DNA of 52,109 bases from an uncultured Solirubrobacteraceae bacterium (GCA_964588985.1 CAZPQW010000012.1:46964-99072); one strand, 5' to 3'; numbered from the stretch's first letter, positions 26,142 through 36,224 are shown. The notes: generated by a model from the letters alone, not told the origin. Program-made: numbers and translations.

Positions 26142-29050
26142 CGGCAGATCGTCGGATACATGCACCCGCCGTTGTACGCGCACGTCTGTGGCCGCGGTTC
26201 GAGGACGCCGCTCGCGGCCTCGGCGGCCGCCCCGCGCGCACCGGCGAGCGCTTCGTCGAGCAGTTCGCGCACCTCGTCGTGCTCGCGCACGTCGCCACGC
26301 ACGCAGTCGAGGGCGACCCCGCTGTCGTTCTCGAGCACGCCGCGGGCACGCAGGTCTGCGCCCGAGAGCGGCTGGTAGAAGCCGCCCACCGCGCGCACGC
26401 CGAGCAGATCCTCGACCGCGCGCATGTACAGCGCCACCTGCAGGTTGCGCTCGCCGATCCACTTCGCGGGCGGTGGAGCGACGCTGGACTTGTAGTCGTA
26501 AACGACTGCCGCGCCGCTATCGCCCACGTCGATGCGGTCGATCCGCCCGCGCATCCGCACACCGCCGCCGAGATCGAACGCCGGCAGGTCTCCCTGCTCT
26601 CCGCGCTCGCCTGCCAGGGTGGAGCCGTGGTCGTCGGACTCGAACCCGAACCCGAGCTCCAGATGACTGGGCTCGAGCGGGCTGTCGGCCTCGGCGGCGA
26701 ACTCCAGATAGCGCTCCAGGTCGGCCCGCAGCCGCCTGCGCACCCCCGGCCGGCGCTCGTGTGCGACCGACAGGGGGTAGTCGACCTCGTTACGAGCGAG
26801 CGCCTCGGCGAGCAGCTCGCGGGCGCGCGCCAGTCGGCCGAGCGTCAGCCGTGCCGAGCCGGTCTCGCTGCGCAACCCTTCGAGCGTGTCCCTCAGCGCG
26901 GCGTGCGCCAGCCCGCCCCGCGCAAGCGGCTCGGCGTCGGGATCGAAGGAGCCTGGCCTGAGCGTTCGCTCGACGAACCACCGCACGGGGCAGCCGATCC
27001 ACATCTGCAGCGAGGATGCCGACCACACCTGCGCGCGCAGGTCACCAAGCAGCAGCGGGTCTCGTAGCGCTCTGTCCAACGCCGGCAGCTGAGCAGCAGT
27101 AGCTGACTCCACCACGAACGCAGGCTCGGCCGCGCCCAGCGGTCGATGCGTGCACGTCTCGAGGAGCTCGTCGGTGAATAGGTCGCACACGTCGTCCACG
27201 AACAGCGATCTGGAGGCTGGCTCACCGTCGTCGTCGGCCACGTGCCAGCTGAGGTAGAGGAGCTCCTCCGGACGCGAGACAGCCGCATAGAGCAGGTAGC
27301 GCTCGGCCGCGAGCGCGTCCTGCGGCTCGCCCAGCCGCAGTCCCGCGGTTTCGGCCAAGCGTCTGCGCTCCTCTTCGGCGAGGAACGGCTGGGGTCGGGC
27401 GCGAGCTGGGAACACGCCCTCCTGCAGGCCGCACACAAACAGCGCACGCACACGTCGGGCGCGCAATGCGAGCGGGTCGAGCACGGCCACGGCCCCCGGC
27501 ATGGGGCGCTCTCCACTGAGGATCTCCACACCCTCGAGCGCGGTCGCGAGATCGCCCGGATCGCTGGGAGCCAACTCGGGTGCGATCCGCGCCAGATCGC
27601 GCAGTTCCGCCAGAGCCCGCCGCCCTGCGACAAGGGCGCTCGCCTCGTCTAGCTCGTCAGCGTCGAGCACGCTCGCGCGACCGCGTCTCGGGGCGCTGAA
27701 CAGCCGGTTCAGCTCGCGTGCGACACGCTCGATCAGCGCCGGTGCGCCACGCGCGGCGGCCTCACGCAGCTGGTCGATCGTGTCGAGCGGCCAGTTGCGC
27801 TGCTCCCACATGACGCGACCCGCGGTCGCGCTCGCGACGCCCGTGCGCCTCGCGCGCAACTCGAGCGCGTCGGCGAGCTCGGGGCGCTCCAGCAGCCCGG
27901 GCGCCCGCAGCCACGCGAGCAGATCCGCCAGCTCACCGTCCTGGGCGTCCGCCGCGCAGCGCAGCAGCCCGATCAGCGCCCGCCCGATCGCGGTGACGGC
28001 GAAAGGCCTGCGCCGCTGCAGCGCGTGGGGAATGCCGGCCCTCACGAGGACCTCCTCGAGCAGGTCCGCGGTCGCGCCGGGCGCGCGTGCGACGATCGCA
28101 ATCTCCTCCGGCGCCATCCCCTCCCCCAGCAGCCGCACGATCTCGCCGGCTACGAGCTCGAGCTCGGCACGCTCCCCACCGCCCTCCAACAACCTCAGCG
28201 CACCGGCCGGATCAGCACGAGTCGCGTCCGGCTCGAACAACGAGCGCTCGAGATGGCCGAGCGCGTCGCGTGCGTGCGGCGCGTAGTAGTCGGTGTGCGC
28301 GGGCAACTCGCGATGCTCGTCGGCGATCGGCGTGAGCGCCGCGAACGAAGAGGCGCGCCTCGCGAACGCGGTTCGGCCGGCCTGGAAGGTCAGCGACACC
28401 ATCACCCTCGCCCCCACCACCTTGCCGAGCGTCTCGATCGCGTCGAGCTGCAGCCGCGTGAGGTCGTCGAAACCGTAGAACAGCACCGGCGTGCCACCCC
28501 ACAACGCCGGTGTCCGCCGCAGCGCGTCCAACGCGAGCACCGCGCGCTGCTCCGCGTCGAGGCGCCCCAGCCGTTTGAGCGTACGGCGATATGCCGCAAA
28601 GAGTCCTCCCAGCTCCTGCCGCGAAGCCGACGCGCCGTCCGCGGCCGTCCACTCCGCGAGTGCCGCGTGGAGCCGCGCGGGCGTCACACGCCGTACCTGC
28701 AGCTCCGCTATCAGCGCCGCGAGAGCGCTGACAAACCCCGGGCTTGCCGGCCTGTCTCCCTCCCCCGCAGCGATAGCGGCGATCACTCGCTCCCGAGCCA
28801 GTCCGCCAAGTGCCGGCTCGCGCACCCCAGCGCGTCGCACTGCCTCCTCGATCAAGCCTCCGAAGCGCTCCACCCGGACGCCCATCGCGGTGCCCTCGCC
28901 CGCGAGCTCGCGCAGGTAGTGCTCAGCGTCAGCGCGCGTCGGTACGACGAGCAGCGGATCTTCGCCGCGAGCAAGGTGGCCTCGCAGAGCCTCGATGACC
29001 ACCTGGGCCTTGCCCGCGTTGGCAGGGCCTGTGATCAGCGCGATCGGCAC
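26129..29050 (-). CDS. addB: ATP-dependent nuclease subunit B (degenerate helicase plus PD-(D/E)XK nuclease with Fe-S cysteines)
   Basis: GPANAGKA, YGFDDLT, ERYLLYAAVSR, GRIDRID...DYKS, QVALY; four Cys (GCP...TC...GC...IC). Confidence 0.85.
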   Translation of the reverse strand: MPIALITGPANAGKAQVVIEALRGHLARGEDPLLVVPTRADAEHYLRELAGEGTAMGVRVERFGGLIEEAVRRAGVREPALGGLARERVIAAIAAGEGDRPASPGFVSALAALIAELQVRRVTPARLHAALAEWTAADGASASRQELGGLFAAYRRTLKRLGRLDAEQRAVLALDALRRTPALWGGTPVLFYGFDDLTRLQLDAIETLGKVVGARVMVSLTFQAGRTAFARRASSFAALTPIADEHRELPAHTDYYAPHARDALGHLERSLFEPDATRADPAGALRLLEGGGERAELELVAGEIVRLLGEGMAPEEIAIVARAPGATADLLEEVLVRAGIPHALQRRRPFAVTAIGRALIGLLRCAADAQDGELADLLAWLRAPGLLERPELADALELRARRTGVASATAGRVMWEQRNWPLDTIDQLREAAARGAPALIERVARELNRLFSAPRRGRASVLDADELDEASALVAGRRALAELRDLARIAPELAPSDPGDLATALEGVEILSGERPMPGAVAVLDPLALRARRVRALFVCGLQEGVFPARARPQPFLAEEERRRLAETAGLRLGEPQDALAAERYLLYAAVSRPEELLYLSWHVADDDGEPASRSLFVDDVCDLFTDELLETCTHRPLGAAEPAFVVESATAAQLPALDRALRDPLLLGDLRAQVWSASSLQMWIGCPVRWFVERTLRPGSFDPDAEPLARGGLAHAALRDTLEGLRSETGSARLTLGRLARARELLAEALARNEVDYPLSVAHERRPGVRRRLRADLERYLEFAAEADSPLEPSHLELGFGFESDDHGSTLAGERGEQGDLPAFDLGGGVRMRGRIDRIDVGDSGAAVVYDYKSSVAPPPAKWIGERNLQVALYMRAVEDLLGVRAVGGFYQPLSGADLRARGVLENDSGVALDCVRGDVREHDEVRELLDEALAGARGAAAEAASGVLEPRPQTCAYNGGCMYPTICRCER

Positions 29051-29150
29051 GCGTCAATAGTCGCGCACTGCGGCGACGGGAGCCATGAGCCGGCAAATCG
29101 TCCGGTCCGGCATCCCGCGCCGCATCCGCAGCTCAGCGCACGCGGCTCTC

Positions 29151-31334
29151 CTATTTCTTGTGCTTCGGTGTGTACCTGCTGCGCGCCTGGCGTTCGCACT
29201 TGGCCCGCTTGGACTTCTTCTTGACCTTGTGGCACGCCTTCAGCGCTTTGGCGAGCCTCTGGGAGTTCGTGAGAGGTTTGCTCGGTTTTTCCTGCAGTTC
29301 GCTCGGAATCTGCAGGAGCGGTATCGAAGGCGGCCCTTCCGCGAACGGAGACGGGAAGGTCGAGGTCGTGAAGGAGCGCCATTCGCCGGCTTCGCTGCCG
29401 TCGGCGTTGACCGCGAACGCACGGTAGTAGTAGGTGGTTCCCGGCTGCAGGTAGGGACCGAACGAGAACGTGATCGCCACGCTCGTGCCGGACAGCGAGC
29501 CGGTGACCGTGGCCGGCTCCAGGGAGCCGCCTTCGGGGCTGAGCGCGACCTGGAACGACAGTGTCCCCGGCAGGCCATGCGTGTCGGCGGTGCCGGTTAG
29601 CGTCGCCGAGAGCTGGCTCACTCCAGTCGCTTCCCCGGTGCTTGCGCTCGGAGGAGTGGCCGGCGATGTCGTGAACGTCTGGTCGGCGCCGACTCGCCCG
29701 CCTGTCGAGTTGCTCGCGACGAGGGTGTAGTGGTAGGTCGTGCCCGGCTTGAGTTCTTCGAGGGCCTGCGGGCCGACTGCGTGTTCGATGTAGTCGGTCG
29801 CTCCCAGCAGTTCGTTCGGGGTCGTCCTGGCCCCTTCGCCGTACCAGCACGCAACCCCCTGCGGGCATTCGCCTGCACCCGGGTTGTAGTGGGCCGCTTC
29901 TACGTAAACGAAGTGATACCGGGTGGCCAGGCCTCCGGGGTTGATCGTCCCGGCGATCGAGGCTTTCGTGCGCGTGATTCCCAGAGCGGCTCCCGTCGTG
30001 ACGAGCGGGGCGTCGAGGGTGCTGAATTCTGCGACTTCGCCGGTCGTCGTTTCGGCCGACGCGTTCGTCGCGACGACACGGTAGAAGTACTTGGTGCGCG
30101 GCGGTAGCGATTCGAGTTTGGCTTCCACCGCCTGTTCGCTGAAGCCGGACAGCGGCGCTGCGCCTGCGACTTCGGTGATCGTGCCTTCGAGCGTTTGGCC
30201 CGTAGCCTGCGTCGAATATTCGAACTTGTACGTCGTTTCCTGGTTGTTGGGATTGATTGTTGCCGTCAGAGTCGCGGCGGTCGAGGTGACGCCCGTACTG
30301 CCCTCGGCGTCGATCGCCGGCGGGACTGCGGGCGTCGTGACGGTTTCCACCGAGCTGACCGCGGTTTCGCCCACCTGGTTGCGGGCGAGGAGGCAGAACG
30401 CGTAGGTAACGTTCGGCTGCAGACCCGGTACTTCGGCGGAGACCGGTTCTTCCTTAGCGCCGGCCTCCGATAGCCCTCCCGTAAACGATTCCCCTTCGCA
30501 TTCAGTCGCAGACAGCTTGTAGAGGAATTCGTAGGAGGAGTTGATTTCAGCCGCGTTGTTCGGGTTCAACACGCCTTTCAGCTTCGCGGTCGTGCCTTCG
30601 AGTTCGACGGGTTCGATCGTCGGGGTTTCAGGAGGCAGCGGCGTGGTGAACGTTTCCACAATGCCGCTCGTCGTTTCGTTCGCGGCGTTCTTCGCCACGA
30701 CACGCCAGAAGTACTGCGTCTGGGGTTTCAGCGATTCGGGTCTGTCTTCCACGCGCTGTTCACCGAAGCCGGACAACGGCCCGGCGCCGGAGACTTTGGT
30801 GATCGTGCCTTCGAGCGTTTCGCCCGTCGCCTGCGTCGAGTATTCAAACTTGTACGTCGTTTCCTGATTGTTGGGATTGATCTGCGCCACGAGCGTCGCG
30901 GCGGTGCCGTTCACACTTTCGACGCCCTCGGAGACGACTGCGGGCGGTGCGGCGGCCGTCGTGAACGTTTCGATCGGGCTGACCGCGGTTTCCCCGGATC
31001 CGTTGCGCGCCAGCAGGCAGAACGAGTAGGTCTCGCTCGGCTGCAGGCCGAATTCCGCGGAGACCGGTTCTTCCTGCGCGCCGGCAGCCGACGCTTCGCC
31101 CGTCGAGGATCCTTCGGTGCATTCGGTCGCGGACAGCTTGTAGAGGAATTCGTAGGAGCCGGCTTCGCCTGGGCCGCCTGGGTTCAGAACGCCTTTCAGG
31201 TGCGCAGTCAGGCCTTCGACTTCAGCGGCTTCGACGGTCGGGGCTTCCGGGGCTGCTGCCAGTGCAGGCGCCGTCGCGCACAAAAAAATAGCGGCCGACG
31301 CCGCGAGAACCCCAGCGAAACGACTGCGTCGCAT
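29151..31334 (-). CDS. Secreted protein with about six fibronectin-III-like repeats and a basic C-terminal tail
   Basis: Signal peptide (MRRSR...APALA). Repeats of L.G.(L/I)NP...Y.F.Y...L.P.T.Y...A.N...FTT in A-B-A-B-C-D order. GAGGAG/GAGGTG SD. Confidence 0.85.
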   Translation of the reverse strand: MRRSRFAGVLAASAAIFLCATAPALAAAPEAPTVEAAEVEGLTAHLKGVLNPGGPGEAGSYEFLYKLSATECTEGSSTGEASAAGAQEEPVSAEFGLQPSETYSFCLLARNGSGETAVSPIETFTTAAAPPAVVSEGVESVNGTAATLVAQINPNNQETTYKFEYSTQATGETLEGTITKVSGAGPLSGFGEQRVEDRPESLKPQTQYFWRVVAKNAANETTSGIVETFTTPLPPETPTIEPVELEGTTAKLKGVLNPNNAAEINSSYEFLYKLSATECEGESFTGGLSEAGAKEEPVSAEVPGLQPNVTYAFCLLARNQVGETAVSSVETVTTPAVPPAIDAEGSTGVTSTAATLTATINPNNQETTYKFEYSTQATGQTLEGTITEVAGAAPLSGFSEQAVEAKLESLPPRTKYFYRVVATNASAETTTGEVAEFSTLDAPLVTTGAALGITRTKASIAGTINPGGLATRYHFVYVEAAHYNPGAGECPQGVACWYGEGARTTPNELLGATDYIEHAVGPQALEELKPGTTYHYTLVASNSTGGRVGADQTFTTSPATPPSASTGEATGVSQLSATLTGTADTHGLPGTLSFQVALSPEGGSLEPATVTGSLSGTSVAITFSFGPYLQPGTTYYYRAFAVNADGSEAGEWRSFTTSTFPSPFAEGPPSIPLLQIPSELQEKPSKPLTNSQRLAKALKACHKVKKKSKRAKCERQARSRYTPKHKK

Positions 31335-31426
31335 CCGTCACCTCTCCTCAGATAGAGCAAACCCTCGATGCAGTTTGTACAGTGCATAGAGGTTGGTGAC
31401 ACCCCCTGTTTCTTACTCCCTAACGC

Positions 31427-33715
31427 TCAGGCGGCGGCAGTCGAGACGGCGGTGGCCTCCTCCGCCTCGGCCTCGGGGGCTTTGGCGCCCTCCTTGGCCC
31501 ACAGCTCGTCGAACTCCACGCGCCATTTGCCCTCGTCGGTCTGCTGCAACGCCAGGTGCGCGCGGAAGCTGCGTCCGCTGCGACCGCGAAAGCCGGTGAC
31601 CGCCTGTGCGGTGTAGCCCGTCTTGATCAGCTCCTTGGCGATGGCAAGCGGGAGCGTCTTGCCCGCTTTGGCCTTCCAGATCACGAAGCCGCAGCCGGCG
31701 TCGTCGCGCGCCCAGCAGGAGTAGCCCTTGCGGTTCTCCACGATCTCGTGACCGCAGACAGGGCACGGGCCGAGCCGCGCTCGCGGGATGCGGACGTCTT
31801 TGAGGGTCTCGTCGAGCTCTTTGACCGTCTCCTGCGCGAAGCCGGCGATGTCGCGCATGAACTGCTTACGCGAGTCCTCACCGCGCTCGATCTTGCCCAG
31901 CCGCTGCTCCCAGCTGCCGGTCAGCCCCGGCGAGGTGAGCGCGTGCTCGTTCAGCAACCGGATCACGTTCAGGCCCTTCTCCGTCGCCACCAGCGCCCGC
32001 CCGTCGCGCTCGATGTAGCCGACGGTGATCAGCCGCTCGATCATCGCCGCCCGCGTCGCGGGCGTACCGATCCCCGAGTCCTTCATCGCCTCGCGCAGCT
32101 CGTCGTCGTCCACCAGCTTGCCCGCGGTCTCCATCGCGCCGAGCAGCGACGCGTCGCTGTAGCGCCTGGGCGGTTTGGTTTCCTTGCGAACGCTGCCGAC
32201 ATCGCACGTCTGCACCTGCTCGTCCGCCAGCAGGCGCGGCAGCTGCTGGTCGGTCTCCTCGTCGTCGTCGCCGCGACTCTCGGCCTCGGCGGCCTTCGCG
32301 TCGGCTGAGATCTCGTCGTACACGCCGCGCCAGCCGGGGACCTGCAGCAGCTTGCCGCGGGTGCGGAACACGTGCGCGTTCTCGCCGTCGCTCGCCGTCA
32401 CGGTCGTCTCCACGCGCGTGTTCTCGAACACCGCCTCCGGGTGGAATACAGCCAGGAAGCGGCGCACCGCCATGTCGTAGATGCGCAGGTCGTCGGAGCC
32501 CATTTTCTCGAGGTTGTGCTCGGAGCGGGTGGGGATGATCGCGTGGTGGTCTGAGACCTTCTCGTCGTTGACCACCCGCGCGAGCGGCAGCACGTCCAGG
32601 CCGACCACATACGCGGCGCCTTTCGCGAACTGCTTGTGCGCTCCCACGAGCTCCGCGATCGGCTTGATCTCCTCGACCATGTCGGTGGTGAGGTAGCGCG
32701 AGTTGGTCCTCGGATACGTGAGCGCCTTGTGCTCCTCGTAAAGGCGCTGCGCGGCCGCGAGCGTGCGTTTGGCGGTGAAGCCGAAGCGGTTGTTCGCCTC
32801 GCGCTGGAGCGTCGTCAGGTCGTAGAGCATCGGCGCTTTCTCGCGCTGCTCTTTCTTCTCGAGCTTCGTGATCGTCCCCTGGCGGCCCTCGCACGCCTTG
32901 ACGATCGCGTGCGCCTCCTCCTCGGTGCCGATGCGCGGCCCTTTGGTGTTCCCGGGACTGCCCGGGGGGGCTGCGAAGTGACCCGCGTACGTGCGCTCGC
33001 CGGCGGCGGCCTCGCCCTCCAGCGGCCCTGCGGCGAACGTCGCGTCGACGAGCCAGTAGGGCTCGGGCTTGAACGCCTTGATCTCCTCCTCGCGGCGGGC
33101 GACGATCGCGAGCGTCGGCGTCTGCACGCGGCCGAGCGACACCGCGCCGTCGAAGGAGCTGCGCAGACGGATCGTCGCCGCGCGGGTGGCGTTCATGCCG
33201 ACGATCCAGTCGGCCTCCGAGCGCGAGCGGGCGGCTTCCTCGAGTTTCGCGAACTCCTCCGCGGGGCGCAGCGACTCCAGCGCGGCCTTCATCGCCTGGT
33301 TGGTCATCGAGCTCAGCCACAGCCGTTTGACGGGCTTGTCGGCTTTCGCCTTCTCGTAGAGGTAGGCGAAGATCAGCTCGCCCTCGCGACCGGCGTCGCA
33401 CGCGTTTACGACCTCCTCGACGTCCTCGCGCTTGAGCTGTTTGCTCACCACCGTCATCTGCTTGCGCGAGCGCTCGTCGCGCACGTCGAGCTTGAAGCGG
33501 TCGGGCACGATCGGCAGGTCCGCCATCCGCCAGCTCTTGTACTTCGCGTCATACGCTTCCGGTTCGGCGAGCTGCACGAGGTGCCCCACCGCCCACGTCA
33601 CCACGTGCTCGGGGCCCTCCAGGAAGCCCTCGCCCTTCTTGAACGGGCCCTTCAGTACGCGCGCCAAGTCCTGGCCCACGGAGGGCTTCTCGGCGATCAG
33701 GAGGGTCTTCGACAT
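31427..33715 (-). CDS. topB: DNA topoisomerase III (type IA)
   Basis: IAEKPSVG, DAGREGELIF, GRVQTPTL, LTYPRT (catalytic Tyr), DHHAIIPT, GIGTPATRA. Start ATG 33715. Confidence 0.93.
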   Translation of the reverse strand: MSKTLLIAEKPSVGQDLARVLKGPFKKGEGFLEGPEHVVTWAVGHLVQLAEPEAYDAKYKSWRMADLPIVPDRFKLDVRDERSRKQMTVVSKQLKREDVEEVVNACDAGREGELIFAYLYEKAKADKPVKRLWLSSMTNQAMKAALESLRPAEEFAKLEEAARSRSEADWIVGMNATRAATIRLRSSFDGAVSLGRVQTPTLAIVARREEEIKAFKPEPYWLVDATFAAGPLEGEAAAGERTYAGHFAAPPGSPGNTKGPRIGTEEEAHAIVKACEGRQGTITKLEKKEQREKAPMLYDLTTLQREANNRFGFTAKRTLAAAQRLYEEHKALTYPRTNSRYLTTDMVEEIKPIAELVGAHKQFAKGAAYVVGLDVLPLARVVNDEKVSDHHAIIPTRSEHNLEKMGSDDLRIYDMAVRRFLAVFHPEAVFENTRVETTVTASDGENAHVFRTRGKLLQVPGWRGVYDEISADAKAAEAESRGDDDEETDQQLPRLLADEQVQTCDVGSVRKETKPPRRYSDASLLGAMETAGKLVDDDELREAMKDSGIGTPATRAAMIERLITVGYIERDGRALVATEKGLNVIRLLNEHALTSPGLTGSWEQRLGKIERGEDSRKQFMRDIAGFAQETVKELDETLKDVRIPRARLGPCPVCGHEIVENRKGYSCWARDDAGCGFVIWKAKAGKTLPLAIAKELIKTGYTAQAVTGFRGRSGRSFRAHLALQQTDEGKWRVEFDELWAKEGAKAPEAEAEEATAVSTAAA

Positions 33716-33738
33716 GGCGGTCAGCGTAGCGGGCGCCG

Positions 33739-34539
33739 CTAACCACCGATGGGCGCCCTCGGATTGGCGCCCCAGAAGATCTGGCTGCCGAGCATCCCGA
33801 TCAGGTTCACGAGCACGATGTTCAGCACCATCGACTTGGCCGTCGCGGTCCCCACGCCGACGGGGCCCCCGCTGGCTTTGTAGCCGTAGTAGCAACCCAC
33901 GAGCACCACCGCCGTGGCCATGAACATTCCCTTCGTGAGGCTGAACAGCACGTCTCCAGGATTCTGGAACTGCCAGAAGAGCAGCAGGTACCCGCCCGAC
34001 GAGGTGTATCCGACCTGCTGGACCACCGCGAGGTACGACGCCGCATACGCGACACCGATCGCCGCTATGTACATGAACGGCAGCACGATCCACGCGGCGA
34101 GCAGGCGAGTCGCGCACAGGAACACCACCGAGTCGATCCCCATCACCTCGAGCGCGTCGATCTCGTCGTTGATCCGCATCGCGCCGATCTCAGCCACGAT
34201 CCCGGTGCCGACCTTCGCGGCCATCATGTAGCCGAACGCGTACGGCACAGCCTCGCGCAGGTCGCACCACGCGGCGAAGATGCCGGCCACCGACGTGGCG
34301 CCCTGCGACGCCGCGAAGTACGCGCCCGAGATCCCGCACGTGCCGAGCCCGATGAAGAACACGAGGCCCCAGATCACGGCCGTGGAGGAGACGATCAGCA
34401 CGCCGGCCTGGCGCAGCGCCTCGCCGAAGAAGCGGAACACGCGCAGCCCGTACACCTCGCCCATCACTCGGCCCATGAACCCGCCGATGTCCCCGGCGGC
34501 GGACAGCCATTCGCGTGGCAACCCCAGCAGCTGGCCCAT
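33739..34539 (-). CDS. MlaE/YrbE-family ABC permease (YrbEB-like)
   Basis: AEIGAMRINDEIDALEVMGID, CYYGYKASGGPVGVGTAT. Confidence 0.9.
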   Translation of the reverse strand: MGQLLGLPREWLSAAGDIGGFMGRVMGEVYGLRVFRFFGEALRQAGVLIVSSTAVIWGLVFFIGLGTCGISGAYFAASQGATSVAGIFAAWCDLREAVPYAFGYMMAAKVGTGIVAEIGAMRINDEIDALEVMGIDSVVFLCATRLLAAWIVLPFMYIAAIGVAYAASYLAVVQQVGYTSSGGYLLLFWQFQNPGDVLFSLTKGMFMATAVVLVGCYYGYKASGGPVGVGTATAKSMVLNIVLVNLIGMLGSQIFWGANPRAPIGG

Positions 34540-35360
34540 CACTTGATCACGATGATCTGCGGGTGGGTCGCGAGCAGCATCGCCACGAACACGTAGTTGA
34601 ACGCGCTGATCGCCAGAAGGGACGTGACGACCGCCTGGTTGACCGCCCTGCCGACGCCCTCCGCGCCGCCGGACGCGGTCATGCCCTTGTAGCAGCACAC
34701 GATCGCGACGATCGCCCCGAAGATCATCGTCTTCAGCGTCGAGCCCCACAGGTCGACGACGGTGGCGTTCGCGAACAGCGTGTCCCAGAATGGCCCGAGC
34801 GGCTGGTGGCTGACGGTCTCTGCGAGGATCCCGCCGAAGAGGCCGAACAGGATCGCGTACACGTTGAACAGCGACGTGACGAACATCAGCGCGAGGAAGC
34901 GCGGCACGACGAGGTTCTTGACGGGATCGACCCCCAGCACCTGCAGCGCGTCCAGCTCCTCGCGGATCTTGCGCGCCCCGAGATCGGCGGTGATCGCCGT
35001 GCCGGCCACGCCCGCGAGTACCACGGACGTGATCAGCGGGGCGACTTCGCGGATCGCCGCGAGCACGAAGAAGCCGCCCAGGCGGTCGAGGTTGCCGAGC
35101 AGCGTGAGGATGTTCGCCGCCTGCAGGCCGGCCGCGCCGTAGTTGATCGCCACTGTCGAGAACAGCAGTGGCAGCCAGCAAAGGCGCAGCGCGAACAGGA
35201 ACTGCGAGACGAACTCGCCGCCGTAGGGATACGGGGGGAAGATGGCGGAGCGGATCGTCTTTCCGGTGAGGATCATCATGTCCCCCACTTCCTCGAAGAC
35301 GTTCCTCGTGGGCAGGAGAGCCCGTCCTGCGAGTGCGCGTACGCCCTGTGCCTCCTCCAT
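34539..35360 (-). CDS. MlaE/YrbE-family ArBC-type permease (YrbEA-like ABC permease)
   Basis: ADLGARKIREELDALQVLGVDP, KGMTASGGAEGVGRAVNQAVV. Confidence 0.9.
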   Translation of the reverse strand: MEEAQGVRALAGRALLPTRNVFEEVGDMMILTGKTIRSAIFPPYPYGGEFVSQFLFALRLCWLPLLFSTVAINYGAAGLQAANILTLLGNLDRLGGFFVLAAIREVAPLITSVVLAGVAGTAITADLGARKIREELDALQVLGVDPVKNLVVPRFLALMFVTSLFNVYAILFGLFGGILAETVSHQPLGPFWDTLFANATVVDLWGSTLKTMIFGAIVAIVCCYKGMTASGGAEGVGRAVNQAVVTSLLAISAFNYVFVAMLLATHPQIIVIK

Positions 35361-35366
35361 TCTCAT

Positions 35367-35390
35367 AGTGTAGTAGTTGACTAGTACACT
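35367..35390. promoter_or_regulatory. Inverted repeat AGTGTAGTAG-TTGA-CTAGTACACT, probable GntR (YtrA-type) operator
   Basis: Arms match 9 of 10. The site is AT-rich in a GC-rich context, lies between divergent yrbE and gntR, and overlaps the putative yrbE -10 (TACACT). Confidence 0.7.
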
Positions 35391-35425
35391 GTGCAACCCG
35401 GCTCACGCGCGCTAACGTTTCAACT

Positions 35426-36205
35426 ATGAGCAGGCCGCCTGTTGACAACCCCCCGGCCCAGACCGAGGTCGACCTCGACGATGTCGCCATCGACCGCGAC
35501 GCGGAGGTGCCGATCGGAGTGCAGCTAGCGTGGGCGCTCCGCTCGCGTATCGGCGACGGTCAGCTGACCTCGGGCCAGCGGCTTCCCGGCCTACGCGACA
35601 TGGCCGAGGCGATCGGCGTCAACGTAAACACCGTTCGCGCGGTCTACCAGCGCCTCGAGCTGGAGGGGCTGATCGCCAGCCACCAGGGCAGCGGCACGTT
35701 CGTGACCGCAATGCCGCAGCGCTCCTCGGCGGTCGGGACGATCGCCGCGAGCGCCGCGCGCGAGGCGCTCGAGACGGGCGTGGACCCTCGCGAGGTCGCG
35801 GCGGCGCTGTACGTCTCCTCCGAGCCGCAGACTGGCACGGGCGACGACGCCGTCGAGCGACGCAGGTTGCTGCGCACCCAGATCGCGGCGCTCGAGCGGG
35901 CGCTCGGGGAGATCGAAGCCTCCCACCCGGGCGTCGCGCCGACGCCCGGCGGGATCCGGGCGGGCATCGGCCCGTCGCTGCTGAGCGCGGAGGAGCTCGA
36001 GGAGGTGCGCACGCAGCTCGTGCGCAGGCTCGCGACCGTGCAGGCGGCGATCGACGCGCATGCCGCCGCCGCGATCGAAGAAGACGACCTGCCGCCCGTG
36101 CGAGCCAAGACGCCCGCACGCGCCGCCAAGGAGCCCGCCACGAGCGAGCCCAAGCGCGCTCCGAAACCCCGCGGCGCCACCCGGCCCGCACCCGCCGGCA
36201 CCTGA
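35426..36205 (+). CDS. GntR-family (YtrA-like) transcriptional regulator with C-terminal extension
   Basis: PIGVQL...GQRLPGLRDMAEAIGVNVNTVRAVYQRLELEGLI...GSGTFV. Confidence 0.9.
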   Translation: MSRPPVDNPPAQTEVDLDDVAIDRDAEVPIGVQLAWALRSRIGDGQLTSGQRLPGLRDMAEAIGVNVNTVRAVYQRLELEGLIASHQGSGTFVTAMPQRSSAVGTIAASAAREALETGVDPREVAAALYVSSEPQTGTGDDAVERRRLLRTQIAALERALGEIEASHPGVAPTPGGIRAGIGPSLLSAEELEEVRTQLVRRLATVQAAIDAHAAAAIEEDDLPPVRAKTPARAAKEPATSEPKRAPKPRGATRPAPAGT

Positions 36206-36224
36206 GCCGCCCCGCCCGAGCTCT

